Assembly (NCBI GenBank): GCA_001179505.1
Contig: CDMY01000887.1
Coordinates: forward strand, 179,293 to 243,292
Source: Vitrella brassicaformis CCMP3155
Taxonomy: Eukaryota > Protista > Chromerida
Direction of reading: 5' to 3'
DNA: 64,000 nucleotides
Shown piece by piece: positions 35,435 to 47,575 of the stretch. The translations under genes and the position numbers were made by a program. The notes beneath the pieces are model-generated. The model searched no databases, was not told the DNA's origin, and saw only the letters and a list, made by a program, of their open reading frames with translations. Every line of letters starts with the position of its first letter. Within the stretch, counting starts at the first letter, position 1.

Positions 35435-38400
35435 TCACGAGCCTTCCATCGATTCTTCCTCTTCTTCCTGCTTTTGCTGTGGCCGAGGCTGGTCATCAGT
35501 GTCTCCCTCGTTGCCCTCGTTCTCCTCTTCCTTCAAAAATAGCTCGTGATGTTCCCTTTCAACATGCCCAAGCAGCTCACTCTCGGCGCCGAACTTCAGT
35601 GCACAGGCAGAGGCCGGGCACGGAAAGGTCGGCACCGGCACAGCCTGGCGCAACTGCTGCACAAGCGTCAGCAAAGCCTCCACAGGCGCCAAAGCCGTCT
35701 CCTTGCTCGCCGCATCCACATTGTCCTTCGACGATGACGTCTTCACCAAGGACTCGGCATCATGAACCCATCCGCCATTGTCGTCACCGCCGTCACCGCC
35801 CTCTCTCTTATCCCAGTTCCTCAACGTGGTCTCGAGGCAGCTGAGCTGGGCATGCAGGATTTCCAAGTCGCTGGGATCCCACTGCAGGTGCCGATCGAGG
35901 GCGAGGTTGGTGAGGACTTTGCATGCGAGTCCCACGAGCTCTGCGTCTCGTTCCCTGGCGGCGTCTCGTATGAGCTCGACCAGCCTGGGTATGAGCCCGA
36001 TGCCGTCGGCGTCGGCACAGTCGGTGGACAGCAGCCGCTGCGAGCAGTCATGGTCAGCTGCTAGGTTCACCAGCACACCTGATTGATGATCGACCACCAC
36101 ATGGACGTCTGTCTGTCTGTCTCCCATGTGTGTCGTGTGTCGTGTGTGGTGGGTATCGCCGCACCTGTGATGTAGTAGACCAGGTCTCTGTACGTGTGGT
36201 CGAGCAGCAGCACCAGGGCCTCGTCGATGCGAGACTCCTGTAACATCAGTCGCACGTCCTGGTGACGCGACAGGTTGCCCAGCGCCCTGGCTGTCTCCAT
36301 CAAGGCCTCGGGATTGGTCGTGTCCAATAGCAGAGGACGGAAGAGAGTGCACAGCTGCACACACCCAGACGAAAATGAAATGGCGGTTCTGTGCGAGAGA
36401 AGGGAGTACCAGTCGCTTGTTGTTGCTCTCAAACAGGATGTTCGACGGCGAGTCGTAATAGAGAAGGTTGGTCAGTGCGGCCACGGCATTGAGGATCAGC
36501 TCCTCGTGCTGCTGCACCTTCTTGGACCCCATGACCTCTAGAAGGGGCTCGACCAGTGCTGACGTGGCCGCAGCCATGGTGCCGACAGACGTGTTGATGC
36601 ACACATTCGCCAGCAGCCTGATGACCTTGACCAACACATCCTCCACCTCCCTGTTGTTTGCAGAAAGGAGACGCTGTCATCGAAACGGCTGTCTCCTCGT
36701 GTGCTTAACTCACTCTCTGTCGGCTCCCCTGAGCTTTTCCTTCCCTTCCGGCCCCTCAATCAGACGAATCTTCCGATCCTGCACACATGGTTGGAAGCAG
36801 TCTTGCACGACCCGTTTCCAGTGCCTGCGTGTCAGCCTCCCACAGCCACACATGTACCAGCTGCAGATATCTGTGGAGAAGTGCCCCGAGCAGTGCGGAC
36901 CCCTGGCAGTCGAACATGAGCTGTATGCGCGCCCGATCGCTCTTGGCCGTCAGGTTGCCCAGCACAAAGGACAAGCGAACCACCAGCTGGCCGTGATCCA
37001 TGTGGCTGCCCAGACACCTTTCACACACAGGACACGGAGACACCGACGAAAAGATGTCGCGGTTATTCAGCTGCTCACTCACTTGGCGGTTTGTTTGACG
37101 TGTGCGTCGTTCTGCGAGAGGATCTCGCAGCACGTGTTTGTGAGCGAGAGCTTGCTGAGCAGCCTGGAGATGTTGAGCAGCAGCTCGGGCGAGGTCTGGA
37201 ACAACGGCATGAGGCCCGTCAGCGCCGCAAGCACGTCGTGCATCACAAACTGACACACACACACACGATTTGTGTGTTGTCACTGTGGCAGTTAGTTGCT
37301 CACATACCTGTTTGTGGTGCTTTGACGAGACGGCGAGATTCCTCAGCGTGCCAGTAATTTGGATCAAGAGCTGCGCCTCCCTCGCACTCCCCGCAAAGTG
37401 GGTCTTCTTGAGGAGGTCCGCAAAGGTCTTGATGGCTGCATGCCAGAGGGACAACCAAGCAAAGTGGGGAGATGCATTGCCTCCCTGTGGCAAGAAGTCG
37501 TACCTCCCTGCTGCACCATGGCAGCCTGGTTCGCAGCATCGTGTGAGGTGACATTCTTGAGGACACCCGCCACAAACACACGCAGCTCGTGATCGCCATC
37601 ACTTGACAGAGAAGGAGGAGGCAGCATCGTGCCCTCGTCGTTGCCCGCCTGAACAATGTCATCAATAGGTGCACAATGGCATGTGACTGCTGTGTGTGGC
37701 CTGGTCTACCGACCATGGCGGCAGGAGAATGGCGGGATAGGATGGCCAGCAAAGGAGCAAAGATGTCCTCGTCACGGAAACGGGCGTCATTCTTGTCGTC
37801 TGCAAGACGAGACGTGCCGTTATGCGGCATTGCTCCTCCCTCTTCACTTGTTCCCATCTCTCTCCCTCTCACCTTTACTGAGCTTCAATAGAACTTTGAC
37901 TGTGTTGATCAAGCCGGCCTCGAGACCACGACCGCCGATGGCGTCGCGGGCTCTGAATGAGAAGCCAGATGCAGCAAGCATTGTTTGGCCTCGGTTTGTG
38001 GTGGCCCAGGCACTCACTCTTCCATCAGGAGAAGCTCCAAAGCGCAGCGGCACAACCGAAACATGCCCTGATCGAAGTTTTGCATATGTCCACAGAATCG
38101 ATCATGGGTACATGTGTGTGTCAGTATGTCGACCTTTTCGTGCTTGAGGTCGAGAAGACCCATGACAGCTCTGAGCAGCTGCTCAGCCTGACCGCCGCAC
38201 CTATGGGGGCTGCCGCACCCTGAGACAGACATGTATGTGTCAAACGTTTCCCCTTTGCTGTCTGTCTGTCTGTCTGGCTGCCTACCTGCCTGCCTCCTCC
38301 GGCCTACCTGATTTGAGGTCTTTCACGAGGTCCCAGAGCCTCTCGCTCATCTCGCCTGTCAGCTCCTCACTGCGGGAAGCGTACACAATATAGAGGCGGC

Positions 38401-39587
38401 ATTCTCTTTCACCCCCCGCACTCACCTGCACAGCTGTGGGGGCTCCGACACCACTAGCTGATGCAGCTTCTCTGACAGAACAACAACACAGTGTGCTTCC
38501 CTTCCCAGCATGCTGAAGCTGCCGAGCTCTCTCACCCATGACGACGTCAAACTGCTCGTCCCATTCGTCCGCCACGACCTGTCTCGAGGACCGAGACTGT
38601 CGCCTGCTGTCAGGCCTTGCACCTCTCGGCTCACTCGGGGGCACGGGCGTCACCTGAGGAGGTGAGCTCGCCTCGCTGGCAGGGGGAGCTGCTGATGACC
38701 GCTTGGAGTGTTTCTTTTCTCGCCGCCTTGTGTGGCCCGTGTGTGACTCTGTGGACTCCAGAAATCCCTGCGGAAAGGAAAAACCACCATGCTATGATGC
38801 ACGTGTCATCAAGTCACTGCCCGCAACAGGGAAAGCCTGTCCCACGTGTTCAGTTAGCGAGCCGGTCCGCGACCGTGGTCTTGGGAGGGGCTCTTCCGTG
38901 ACAATGCTCTTGGCCATGCTGTCGCGTCTCGGCCCTCCGACCCCGATCCCTCCCACCGAGTGTCTCCTGTGTGTCTCCGTGATGAACTCGTTCTCGTCGT
39001 CGAGTGTAAGGATGTCGACGCCATCACCGGACGACAAAGCGGGAGGAAACTCAGGTACCGCCTACACGACAACAAAAATGGCCGCGGCAACGAACAAGAA
39101 AGCCGTGTTCTGTGTCGGCTTGCCTCGGGGATGCTTCCGAGGGTGGTTGCGGACCCCGAGCCCCTTCTGGATTCGGCGAAAGTCTCCTTGAGCATGTTGA
39201 GGTGGTGCAACGAGTAGCTGGAGCTGGGCCGGGGCCCATCCCCCAGCCCCATGTCGAGAGACGGCTGGAACAGAGACCTGAACGTACCAACCACAGATAT
39301 ACATGCATTTGGACCTTATTCCGGTCTGTGTGTCTCTCTTACCTGTCCACAAGCGGCGTATAGGGGCGCGAGGGCTGCACAACACAAAAGAACAAAGTGA
39401 ACAAAGTGACACCCATGAGGGCCAATTGTAAGGGTCATATAAGAGCCTGACTCGCCTTGGCGAGTGATGCGTACGCCCTGGCCTCCTTGATTGTGTGTGC
39501 AATGGTGGAGCGCCGTATCTGCTTTATCATCGGATCATCACTGCCGTCTTCATCAAAGGTGCCGAAATCCACGGCCGAACTCCTCAT
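35435..39587 (-). CDS. ARMC2: Armadillo repeat-containing protein 2
   Basis: N-terminal IKEARAY..KPSRPYTP..RSLF..RPSSSYSL; LLIQITGTLRNL; NISRLLSKLS; LVVRLSFVLGNLTAKS; EELILNAVAALTNLLYY; ARALGNLS; LACKVLTNL. All recalled as ARMC2 motifs. Confidence 0.88.
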
Positions 39588-39745
39588 CGCAGCCGATTTC
39601 AGAGAGGAGACAACGAGAAGAAGATCTCGAGGCTCCTATATCACTGTGGCGTGGGGAGAAGAAAAGCTGCCGCCAGTTTTGATGCTCGCAGTCTCGCGAG
39701 CTTAGCTCACAAACAGGGAGAGGCGGTCAGATACACGCGGCGAGG

Positions 39746-40842
39746 ATGTGCGGGATCTTCGCAATATTGATGTCCACCATGGACGAATCGACTCTGCGGG
39801 CCAGGGCACTGGAACTCTCCAAGAGGTGAGTGAGGCAAGACCAGATGAAGCACACATTTCCTCCACGGACAGAGATCTCACCTGCCTGTGTATCCATCTG
39901 CTTTGCTGCGGCAGGATCCGGCACAGAGGGCCTGACTGGTGCAGTCAACGCACAGCAAGCAACACACAGATCAATCAATCACACAGCACCGTCAGTCACA
40001 CTCCGTGTGTGTGTTGTGCAGGAGTGGGATTCACGTGCAGTCTGGGAAGAACGGGACGCTGAATGCCATCTGCCACGAGCGGCTGTCCATCGTGGACCCG
40101 TTCTCGGGCAAACAGCCGCTCTTCGACGTCACCGGCAAAGGTGAGTGAGGAAGAGTCAGTCACCCAGATAGATAAGATCAGACATCAATCACCTCACAGC
40201 CGTAGACGTCCGTCTGGTCCTGATGCGTGTGCTGCTGTGGGTGTGTGTTGGTCCTGCAGTATGTGTGTCTGTGAACGGCGAGATCTACAACCACATGGAG
40301 CTCAGGAAGGAGCTCGACGAAGAGACCGTCAGCCACTTTCGCACCCAGTCGGATTGCGAGCCCATCGCACATCTCTACAAGAGATTCGGGGTACGCTCAG
40401 CTCAACACAATCTTCCCGTTGCTGCTGCCCCTCTGCACAACAGAGACTGTGTGTATGGTCTATTGTGTTGCTGTGCTGCTACTCAGGAGTCGTTCGTGGC
40501 CAAGCTGGATGGCATGTTCGCCTTCATTGTGAGCGACGCGGCCACGGGAGAGTTCATGGCGGCGAGGGACCCGCTGGGCATCTGCCCCCTCTACATCGGC
40601 CATGGACCCGACGGATCTGTCATGTTCGGCTCGGAGATGAAAGGTGGGTGGGTCGGTGGACCGATGGTCGGTCGGTACGTGACAGACAGCTCTGTACGTG
40701 TGGGTGTGGGTGTGCAGTGATGTGGGATGCGTGCAACCATTTCGAGGTCTTCCCCCCCGGGCACATCTACTCGTCAAAGCTGGGGGGGTTCAAACGGTGA
40801 GCGACCGAGTAAGCACCGACCGTCCCACCCGTGATGGCCTGC

Positions 40843-40877
<35 letters not shown>

Positions 40878-42983
40878 TGTTCCCAGGTGGTACCATCCCT
40901 CATGGTTTCCTGAGGACTCGCCCATCCCCACTGCCCCGCTCGACCTCGACAAGCTCAAAGACGCACTCGAAAAGGCAGTCGAGAAGAGACTCATGGTGAC
41001 TTCGCTGCGACAAACAAATGCCCGTGCTGTCTGACCACCTGCCTGCATATGAGTGTGTGTGAGTGTGTCAGTCTGACGTGCCCTTTGGCGTGCTGCTGTC
41101 TGGCGGGCTCGACTCGTCCCTTGTCGCGTCCATCGCCAGCAGGATCCTGGACCGCCAGCGTGCGCAGCAGGCGAGTTCGAAGGAGTACCAGTCCAAGGCA
41201 TGGTTCCCAAGACTGCACTCCTTCTCCATCGGCTTGCCGGACTCGCCTGACCTCGCTGCCGCTCAAAAAGTGGCTGGTGAGTGAATGACGTCAGGTGTCC
41301 GTCAGGGGGGCAGGAGTGAGTCGTGTGTGGTGTAGATTTCCTGGGCACTGTTCATCATGGGTTCACCTTCGAGCTGCAGGAGGGGCTCGACTCACTCAAG
41401 GTGATGCACTTGCCGTGCCAGAATTGAGGCGCAACAAACAGGGCAACTGTCCATCGTGTGTGTGGTGTGAGTGCAGGACGTGATATATCACCTGGAGACC
41501 TATGACGTGACGACCATTCGCGCCTCCACGCCCATGTACTTCCTGGCCAGGAAGATCAAATCAATGGGCGTCAAGATGGTCCTCTCAGGTCAGCTCACTG
41601 AGCTGACAAACACCCTCGCAATCGCAATCGCACCCACCCACACGCACTCCCATCCCACAGATAGATGTGCTTTGTGTGTGCGTCGTGCAGGTGAAGGAGC
41701 TGACGAGGTGTTTGGCGGCTACCTCTACTTCCACAAGGCGCCCAACAGAGAGGAGCTGCACCGAGTGAGTGCATACCCAGATGGATGGTCGGGGGGGGGG
41801 GGCCCGGGGGGCACCTGAGAATGTCGATGTGTGGTTACAGGAGACGCAGAGGAAGCTGAAGTTGTTGCACATGTACGACTTGCTCCGCGCCAACAAGAGC
41901 ACGCAGGCGTGGGGGCTCGAGGCGAGAGTACCCTTCCTCGACAAGGCGAGCACTCACACACACACATCCACACACACACACACACAGACATTCCTGACTG
42001 ACAGGTGGGCGCCCCTCTCTCTCTCCCTCTGTTCGTGTGATTATCGACAGGAGTTTCTGGAGGTGGCGATGCATTTCGATCCGCAGGAGAAAATGTGCGT
42101 GCCGGGCAAGCGTATCGAGAAGTGGCCCATCCGCGCCGCATTCGCGGAGGGCAACTACCTCCCAGACGACATTCTCTGGAGGCAAAAGGAACAGTTCTCA
42201 GGTCGGGATATGCACCAAGCAAATCTATGATAGGTCGACGTGGACTGAGTGCATTGGTCGGCTGTGTGTGTGTGTCTTATTGGTGTGTAGATGGCGTTGG
42301 ATACAGCTGGATTGACGGTTTGAAGGACTATGCGGAGAAGCAGATCAGCGACCACCAGTTCCAGGGGGCCAGGTTCCAGTTCCCGTATAACACACCACAG
42401 ACAAAGGTACCTAGGTACCTACCTTGCCACGGGCCTGCCTGCACACATGGCTTACACATCGATGGATGGATGGATGGATGTGTGTGTGTGTGTGTGTGTG
42501 CCCTCAGGAGGCGTATCTGTTTCGGCAGATATTCCACTCCTTCTTCCCGCAGCACAGCGCCACACAAACGGTAGGCGGAGGACACGTGGTCTTACACACA
42601 CGCACAAGAGCCCATCCATCCATCCATCCACCAGGTGCCCGGGGGCCCCTCTATCGCCTGCTCCACGCCCGCAGCCATCCTGTGGGACCAGTCTTTCAGG
42701 TACGTCATCGGATGCACTGCACTGCACTGCAAGCACCGGCACATCATAGCACACAGGCCATTGGTCCATGTGTGTCGGTGTGTGTCTGTGTCTGTCTGTG
42801 TGTGTGGTCGGCAGTGCCAACGCGGATGCGTCGGGCCGCGCTATGCTGGGTGTGCACCTCCAGTCCAAGGAATTCGACGACGCCAAGAAGGCGTCGGCCA
42901 CATCGGCCGCAGCGGACCAGACACAGAAAGGGCAGCCGATGACCAACGGGACCCCAGCTGCTGCTGCTGCCGTCCACACGTAG
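39746..42983 (+). CDS. ASNS: Asparagine synthetase, glutamine-hydrolysing (AsnB/ASNS type)
   Basis: MCGIFAIL (catalytic Cys2), [90 protein letters not shown]. Confidence 0.98.
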
Positions 42984-43196
42984 TGAGTGAATGCCATCGT
43001 CGACGGATGGATGGATGGCCCAGGATGGGTGTGTTTTATTTCCTTGTTGGTTCTTCGTGTCACTCACGTAATTTCGTGTAGTGGATGGCTGGCTCATGGG
43101 AGCAAGGCCGACTTTTTGCCGGCACGGACATATGCCTGTAGGCGGCCTGCGCGCCTCTGCTTGAGTGTGCGTTGCTTTGTGAGTGAGGGGGATCGT

Positions 43197-43312
43197 TCCA
43201 GCAGAATTGCATTCTGACTGGTGCGATGGTCGACAGACAGACAGACAGACAGACAGGTATGTCTGCAGGATTTTTCGGCCACTGGTGAACTCGCTTTGAC
43301 TATGTGAAGATG
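43197..43312 (-). repeat. Dispersed intergenic repeat, copy 2, with internal (GACA)n expansion
   Basis: Shares blocks with 34945-35008 (inverted); 43287-43312 matches 47344-47369 at 24/26 nt (direct). Confidence 0.8.
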
Positions 43313-43630
43313 TGATCGCGAGAGATCTCCAAGGGAAGGCAAAAGAATGGAGAAATGAACCGACCGAGAATCTCGGCGAGAATTCGGATTCTCGCCGTCT
43401 CGAGACGGTTTTTAATTCTCCGCGCCAGCTCTCCTCATTTCTCACTGTCCGGGAAGAGATACGTCCCCTTGGGAAGAGATACGTCCTTCATTGCAAATGG
43501 TACGTTCTTGGGAACCCGGAAAAGGGAGGGGTAGCACAGTTGGGCCTCTTGCTTTCGCTCTCGTCAGTCTGCCGAGGCTGCTGCAGCACCTGGTCACCGA
43601 GGGACGACAAATAGTCGTACAAGTGGCGGA

Positions 43631-45444
43631 ATGTCCGGCGCTCGAGGGGGGCCGAGAATTGGCCGAGACGGCAGAGAAAAATTGAAACCCCGCAGAGCAG
43701 CTGAAAGGATGAACCTCAACCCCTCTCGTCCCGGCTGCAGCCGAGTCGACGTCCAGGAGCAGGACATCCTAGGCGCAGTCTTTCAAAGGCCGCACAGGCA
43801 TCCGGGAGAGATCCCGCGCCCACCCTGCGTGTGTTGTTTCCTGCCATTCAGGGGTATATGCTGCGGCTGCGGCTTCGGCCAAGGCGACGAAGACGAGGAG
43901 GAAGAGGCGTCGTTCAGGTGGCACACGAAGCGCCGCCGCCTTATCGAAACCATCTCCAACCGTGAGATCTACCGCACAGACCACACAACATGCATTGTCG
44001 TGCCCTTGAACTGCTCCCTGCCTGGATGTCTGACAGAACACCATGTGATAGCGATGATGGACCGGACTCTACGTTGTGTAAGTCGATGAAGAAAAAAGTC
44101 AAGATGTGCGCACACGTGTGTGTGTGTGTGAGCAGTACGGTGCCAAGATTGAGAGGCTGCGTAATGCGTTGGCCAAGTCAGCCGAGGAGCACAGCACCGC
44201 GATGGGCCAGGTGAGCTGGAATGGTGCAGGGAGGGAGGGGTCAGTGAGGGAATGGGCAGTGGGTGCACTGCACTGCACTGATTGGTCTGGAGAGAGAGAG
44301 ATGGATGGATGCACTGATTGTCGACGGCATTTCATGCCTGCGTCTGTGTGTGTGTGTTGGCTAAGGTGCAGTCTACGGTCGAGGAGGTTAGACGGGACAA
44401 GGACCGTCAGCTGGAGCAACGCAAATCGGACATCGACCAAGTGGGTGGATCATGAGACGAGCGAGGCGGGCGCACACACCCATACACTCACAGACATACA
44501 TCCACACACACACAAATCCCTCTGTCCCTCCCTCCCTCCCTCCCTCCCCCCCTCCCTCTCTCTCTCTTTGTGTCTGTCGGTCGGTCGGTCGGTCGGTCTG
44601 TGTGCGTGTCGTCAGGTTGAAGGTCTCTTGACGACGACCCGTGAGCAGCTTCGACAGGCCGAGGACGACAAGAAACGGTCAGTCAGGGAAACGCCAACAC
44701 ACAGACACGCACGCACGCACGCAGCACACCAAGCCACCTGTGTGTGTGTGTGTGTGAGCAGTACTCTGCTGAGATTGAGAGGCTGCGTAGTGAGTTGAGC
44801 AAGTCGACGGAGGAGCACGGTAGCGAAGTCGCCAAGGTGAGTTGGAATGGTGCAGGGAGGGAGGGAGGGAGGGAGGGAGAAAGGTACATAATGAATGAAT
44901 GGGCGGTGTTGTGGGTGCACTGATTGATGACGTCTGTGAGTGTCTGTGTCTGTGTGTGTGTTGGTTCATTCAGCTAAAGTCAAGTCTGGAGCAGTTACGA
45001 AGTCTCAAGGACGGCCAGGTGGACAAGCGCCAAGCCCAGATCGACGAGGTGGGTTTATCTGGACATATCATGAGACGAGCCAGGCGCATTGCACACACCA
45101 ACAAACTGACAGACAGACAGACACCCACGTGCTGCGTGTGTGCCTGTATGTACTGTATATGTGTGTGTGTGAGCAGCTTCAGATCCAGATCGCCATGTGG
45201 CGCGAGAAAAGGCGTCGGAAGTGGCACAGGTGAGTGAGTTGTCCTGGTTGGTCAGCGAGGCCATCACACACACACACACGCACATCTCTCCCTCCCTCTG
45301 TCTTTGTGTCTGTCGGTCGGTCAGGTTGAAGGTGTTCTGCAGACGACCCAGGATCGACTTCGGCAGGCCGAGGCGACCAACGGAGAGGTCAGAGAAACAC
45401 CCCCACACAAACACAGACACGTACGCATGCAGCGCACCAAACCA

Positions 45445-45476
<32 letters not shown>

Positions 45477-46830
45477 AGCAGCACTCTGCTCAGGTGGAGA
45501 GACTGCGGGCCGAGTTGGGCAAGTCGGCCGAGGATCACGGTAGCGAAGTCGCCAAGGTGAGTTGGAATGGTGCAGGGAGGGAGGGAGGGATGTGGTGAAT
45601 GGATGGGCGGTGGGTGCACTGATTGATGACGTCTGTGAGTGTCTCTGTCTGTGTGTGTGTTGGTTCAGCTACAGTCGAGTCTCGAGGATTCCGACGTGAC
45701 AAGGACCGTCAGCAGGACCAACGCCAAGCCAACATTGACCAGGTGAGTGGATCATGAGACGAGCGAGGCGGGCACACACACCCACAAACTAACAGACATA
45801 CATCCACACACACACAAATCCCTCTCTCCCTGCCGCTTTTGTCTCTGTCTGTGCCTCGGTCAGGCTGAGGGCCTTTTGCAGACGACTTGCCAAAAGAGGA
45901 CACTCTCAAAAATCGCTGCTTACATTTTATATGGAACGAGCCGTGTCTCTTACCATCTGTGTGTGTGTGGTTTGTGAGCAGTACTCGGCTGAGAATGGGC
46001 GCCTCCGCAACGAGTTGACGAGGATGAGCCAGGAGTACAGGACGGAGTTGAGCAAGGTGAGTTGGAATGGTGCAGGGAGGGGGTCACTGAGGGAATTGGG
46101 ACGGTGGGTGTGTGGGCCGGTGGGTGGGACGGTGGGTGCACTGCTTGCTCTGGAGAGACATGGATGGCTGGATGGATTCTGTGTGTCTGTGTCTGTGTGT
46201 GTGTTGGTTCAGCTCAAGTCGGGTTTGGAGGCCGTCGAGAGTGACAAAGACCGCCAGCTGGACGAGCGCCAAGCGAACCTCGACCAAGTGGGTGGATCAT
46301 GAGACGAGCGAGGCGGGCGCACACACAAACTAACAGACATACATCCACACACAAATCCGTCCCTCTGTCTCTATCCAACACACACACACGTACACACCAC
46401 GGCAACTCTGTGTCTGTGTGTGCTTCAGAGGCGCCGCCCACAGATTCGCCCTGCTTTCGAGCGCTATAGCCCGCCGCGCCACACAGAGGTCTCCATGCCC
46501 TCCAGACACACACGCCGTGCCCCGCAGACACACACGTCTGCCCCCTCCTCGAGACCAGGAATCCAGGTATGCATTGGGCACACACACAGCTGGCGAAAAA
46601 TGAATTGTGTGTGTCTGCATGGCAGACCATGTTGGGGGAGATACGGCCTGAGTTGCGCTTTAGGGAGAACGGCGGGCGCAATATGCCAATCAGGGTAATT
46701 GAGACCAGAAGCACTCACTGTCTGATAGACGTTTGTTGATTCGTTGGTTGTTCCTCTTATCAGGGGTGATCATGATGGGACGGTGATGACGGTGCGTGTG
46801 TGTGTGCAGCTGCAATTGCTGCAGCTGTGA
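43631..46830 (+). CDS. Coiled-coil protein made of tandemly duplicated exon modules; frameshifted exons mean it may be partly degenerate (start 43631 or 43709)
   Basis: 75-nt phase-0 exons YGAKIERLRNALAKS.., VQSTVEEVRRDKDRQLEQ.., repeated four times. Putative last exon LQLLQL*. Exons of 53 nt and 74 nt break the frame. Confidence 0.55.
44106..46330 (+). repeat. Four tandem copies of an exon-intron module (~500-700 bp)
   Basis: Intron starts GTGAG(C/T)TGGAATGGTGCAGGGAGG (4 copies) and GTG(G/A)GTGGATCATGAGACGAGCGAGGCGGGC (3 copies plus a variant) recur together with homologous exons. Confidence 0.92.
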
Positions 46831-47326
46831 TGACTGACTGCTTTGCTTTTCGGACATACATGTGGGTAGGATGCATGTGTCATGCGCCCAACACACTTGC
46901 AAGTAAGTGTGTGTGTACTGTGTGCTGGGGGGCCGAGAAAGGGAGAGGACTGACCGAGAGAGGAGAGACAGCAAAGAGGCAGACACACAATGCGTGGGCT
47001 TCGCTTTCATCTGTATGTAGAATGGCTGCCTACATTTTACATCTGAATGAGCCGTGTCTCTCTGTTGCGCGTGTTCGTGTTGATGCTGACGGTGTGTGTA
47101 GGTGTGTATGCCCTGTGCAGCTGTGATGACTGACTGACTGACGTGCTTTGCTTCCCGGACATAAATTGTCGGTCTCTAGGATTCAGAAGGTCCGATTATT
47201 CTAGTCACTAGTCAGGTGTCTGAACACAACAACCACTGCGAGCGTTAATGCCACCCAGCCCCGACCGACCGAACCCTTCTCTCTCCCCCAGCCCAACAAT
47301 AAAAGAGAGAAAAGGTGGACAGATGT

Positions 47327-47369
47327 GAACTCGCTTTAAAAGGGAACTCGCTTTAAGTATGTGAAGATG
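47327..47369 (+). repeat. Dispersed motif GAACTCGCTTT..TATGTGAAGATG, locally duplicated
   Basis: GAACTCGCTTTAA at 47327 and 47344; 24/26 identity with 43287-43312. Confidence 0.75.
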
Positions 47370-47575
47370 GGTATTGGAGCCACAGCCCAAGTAACAGAAT
47401 GACAGACACAAGCAGGGCGGCACGCGACATCGGAGATAGGAAGACCCATGATAGCAAGCGTTTCCGGTGTCGGGAGCGGCTGAAAGAACGCCCATTGCAA
47501 GGAAAGGACAGATGGCGGGTGTGGTGGAGTCTCAGATCGGGGGGCGGATGGGGGTCTCGCGATCGTAAAAGGAGG

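Noticed and set aside
44106-46330. CRISPR-like regularly spaced repeats
   Set aside because: The repeats are intron heads and exons of a eukaryotic gene, hundreds of bp apart, and the intervening sequences are homologous rather than unique spacers.
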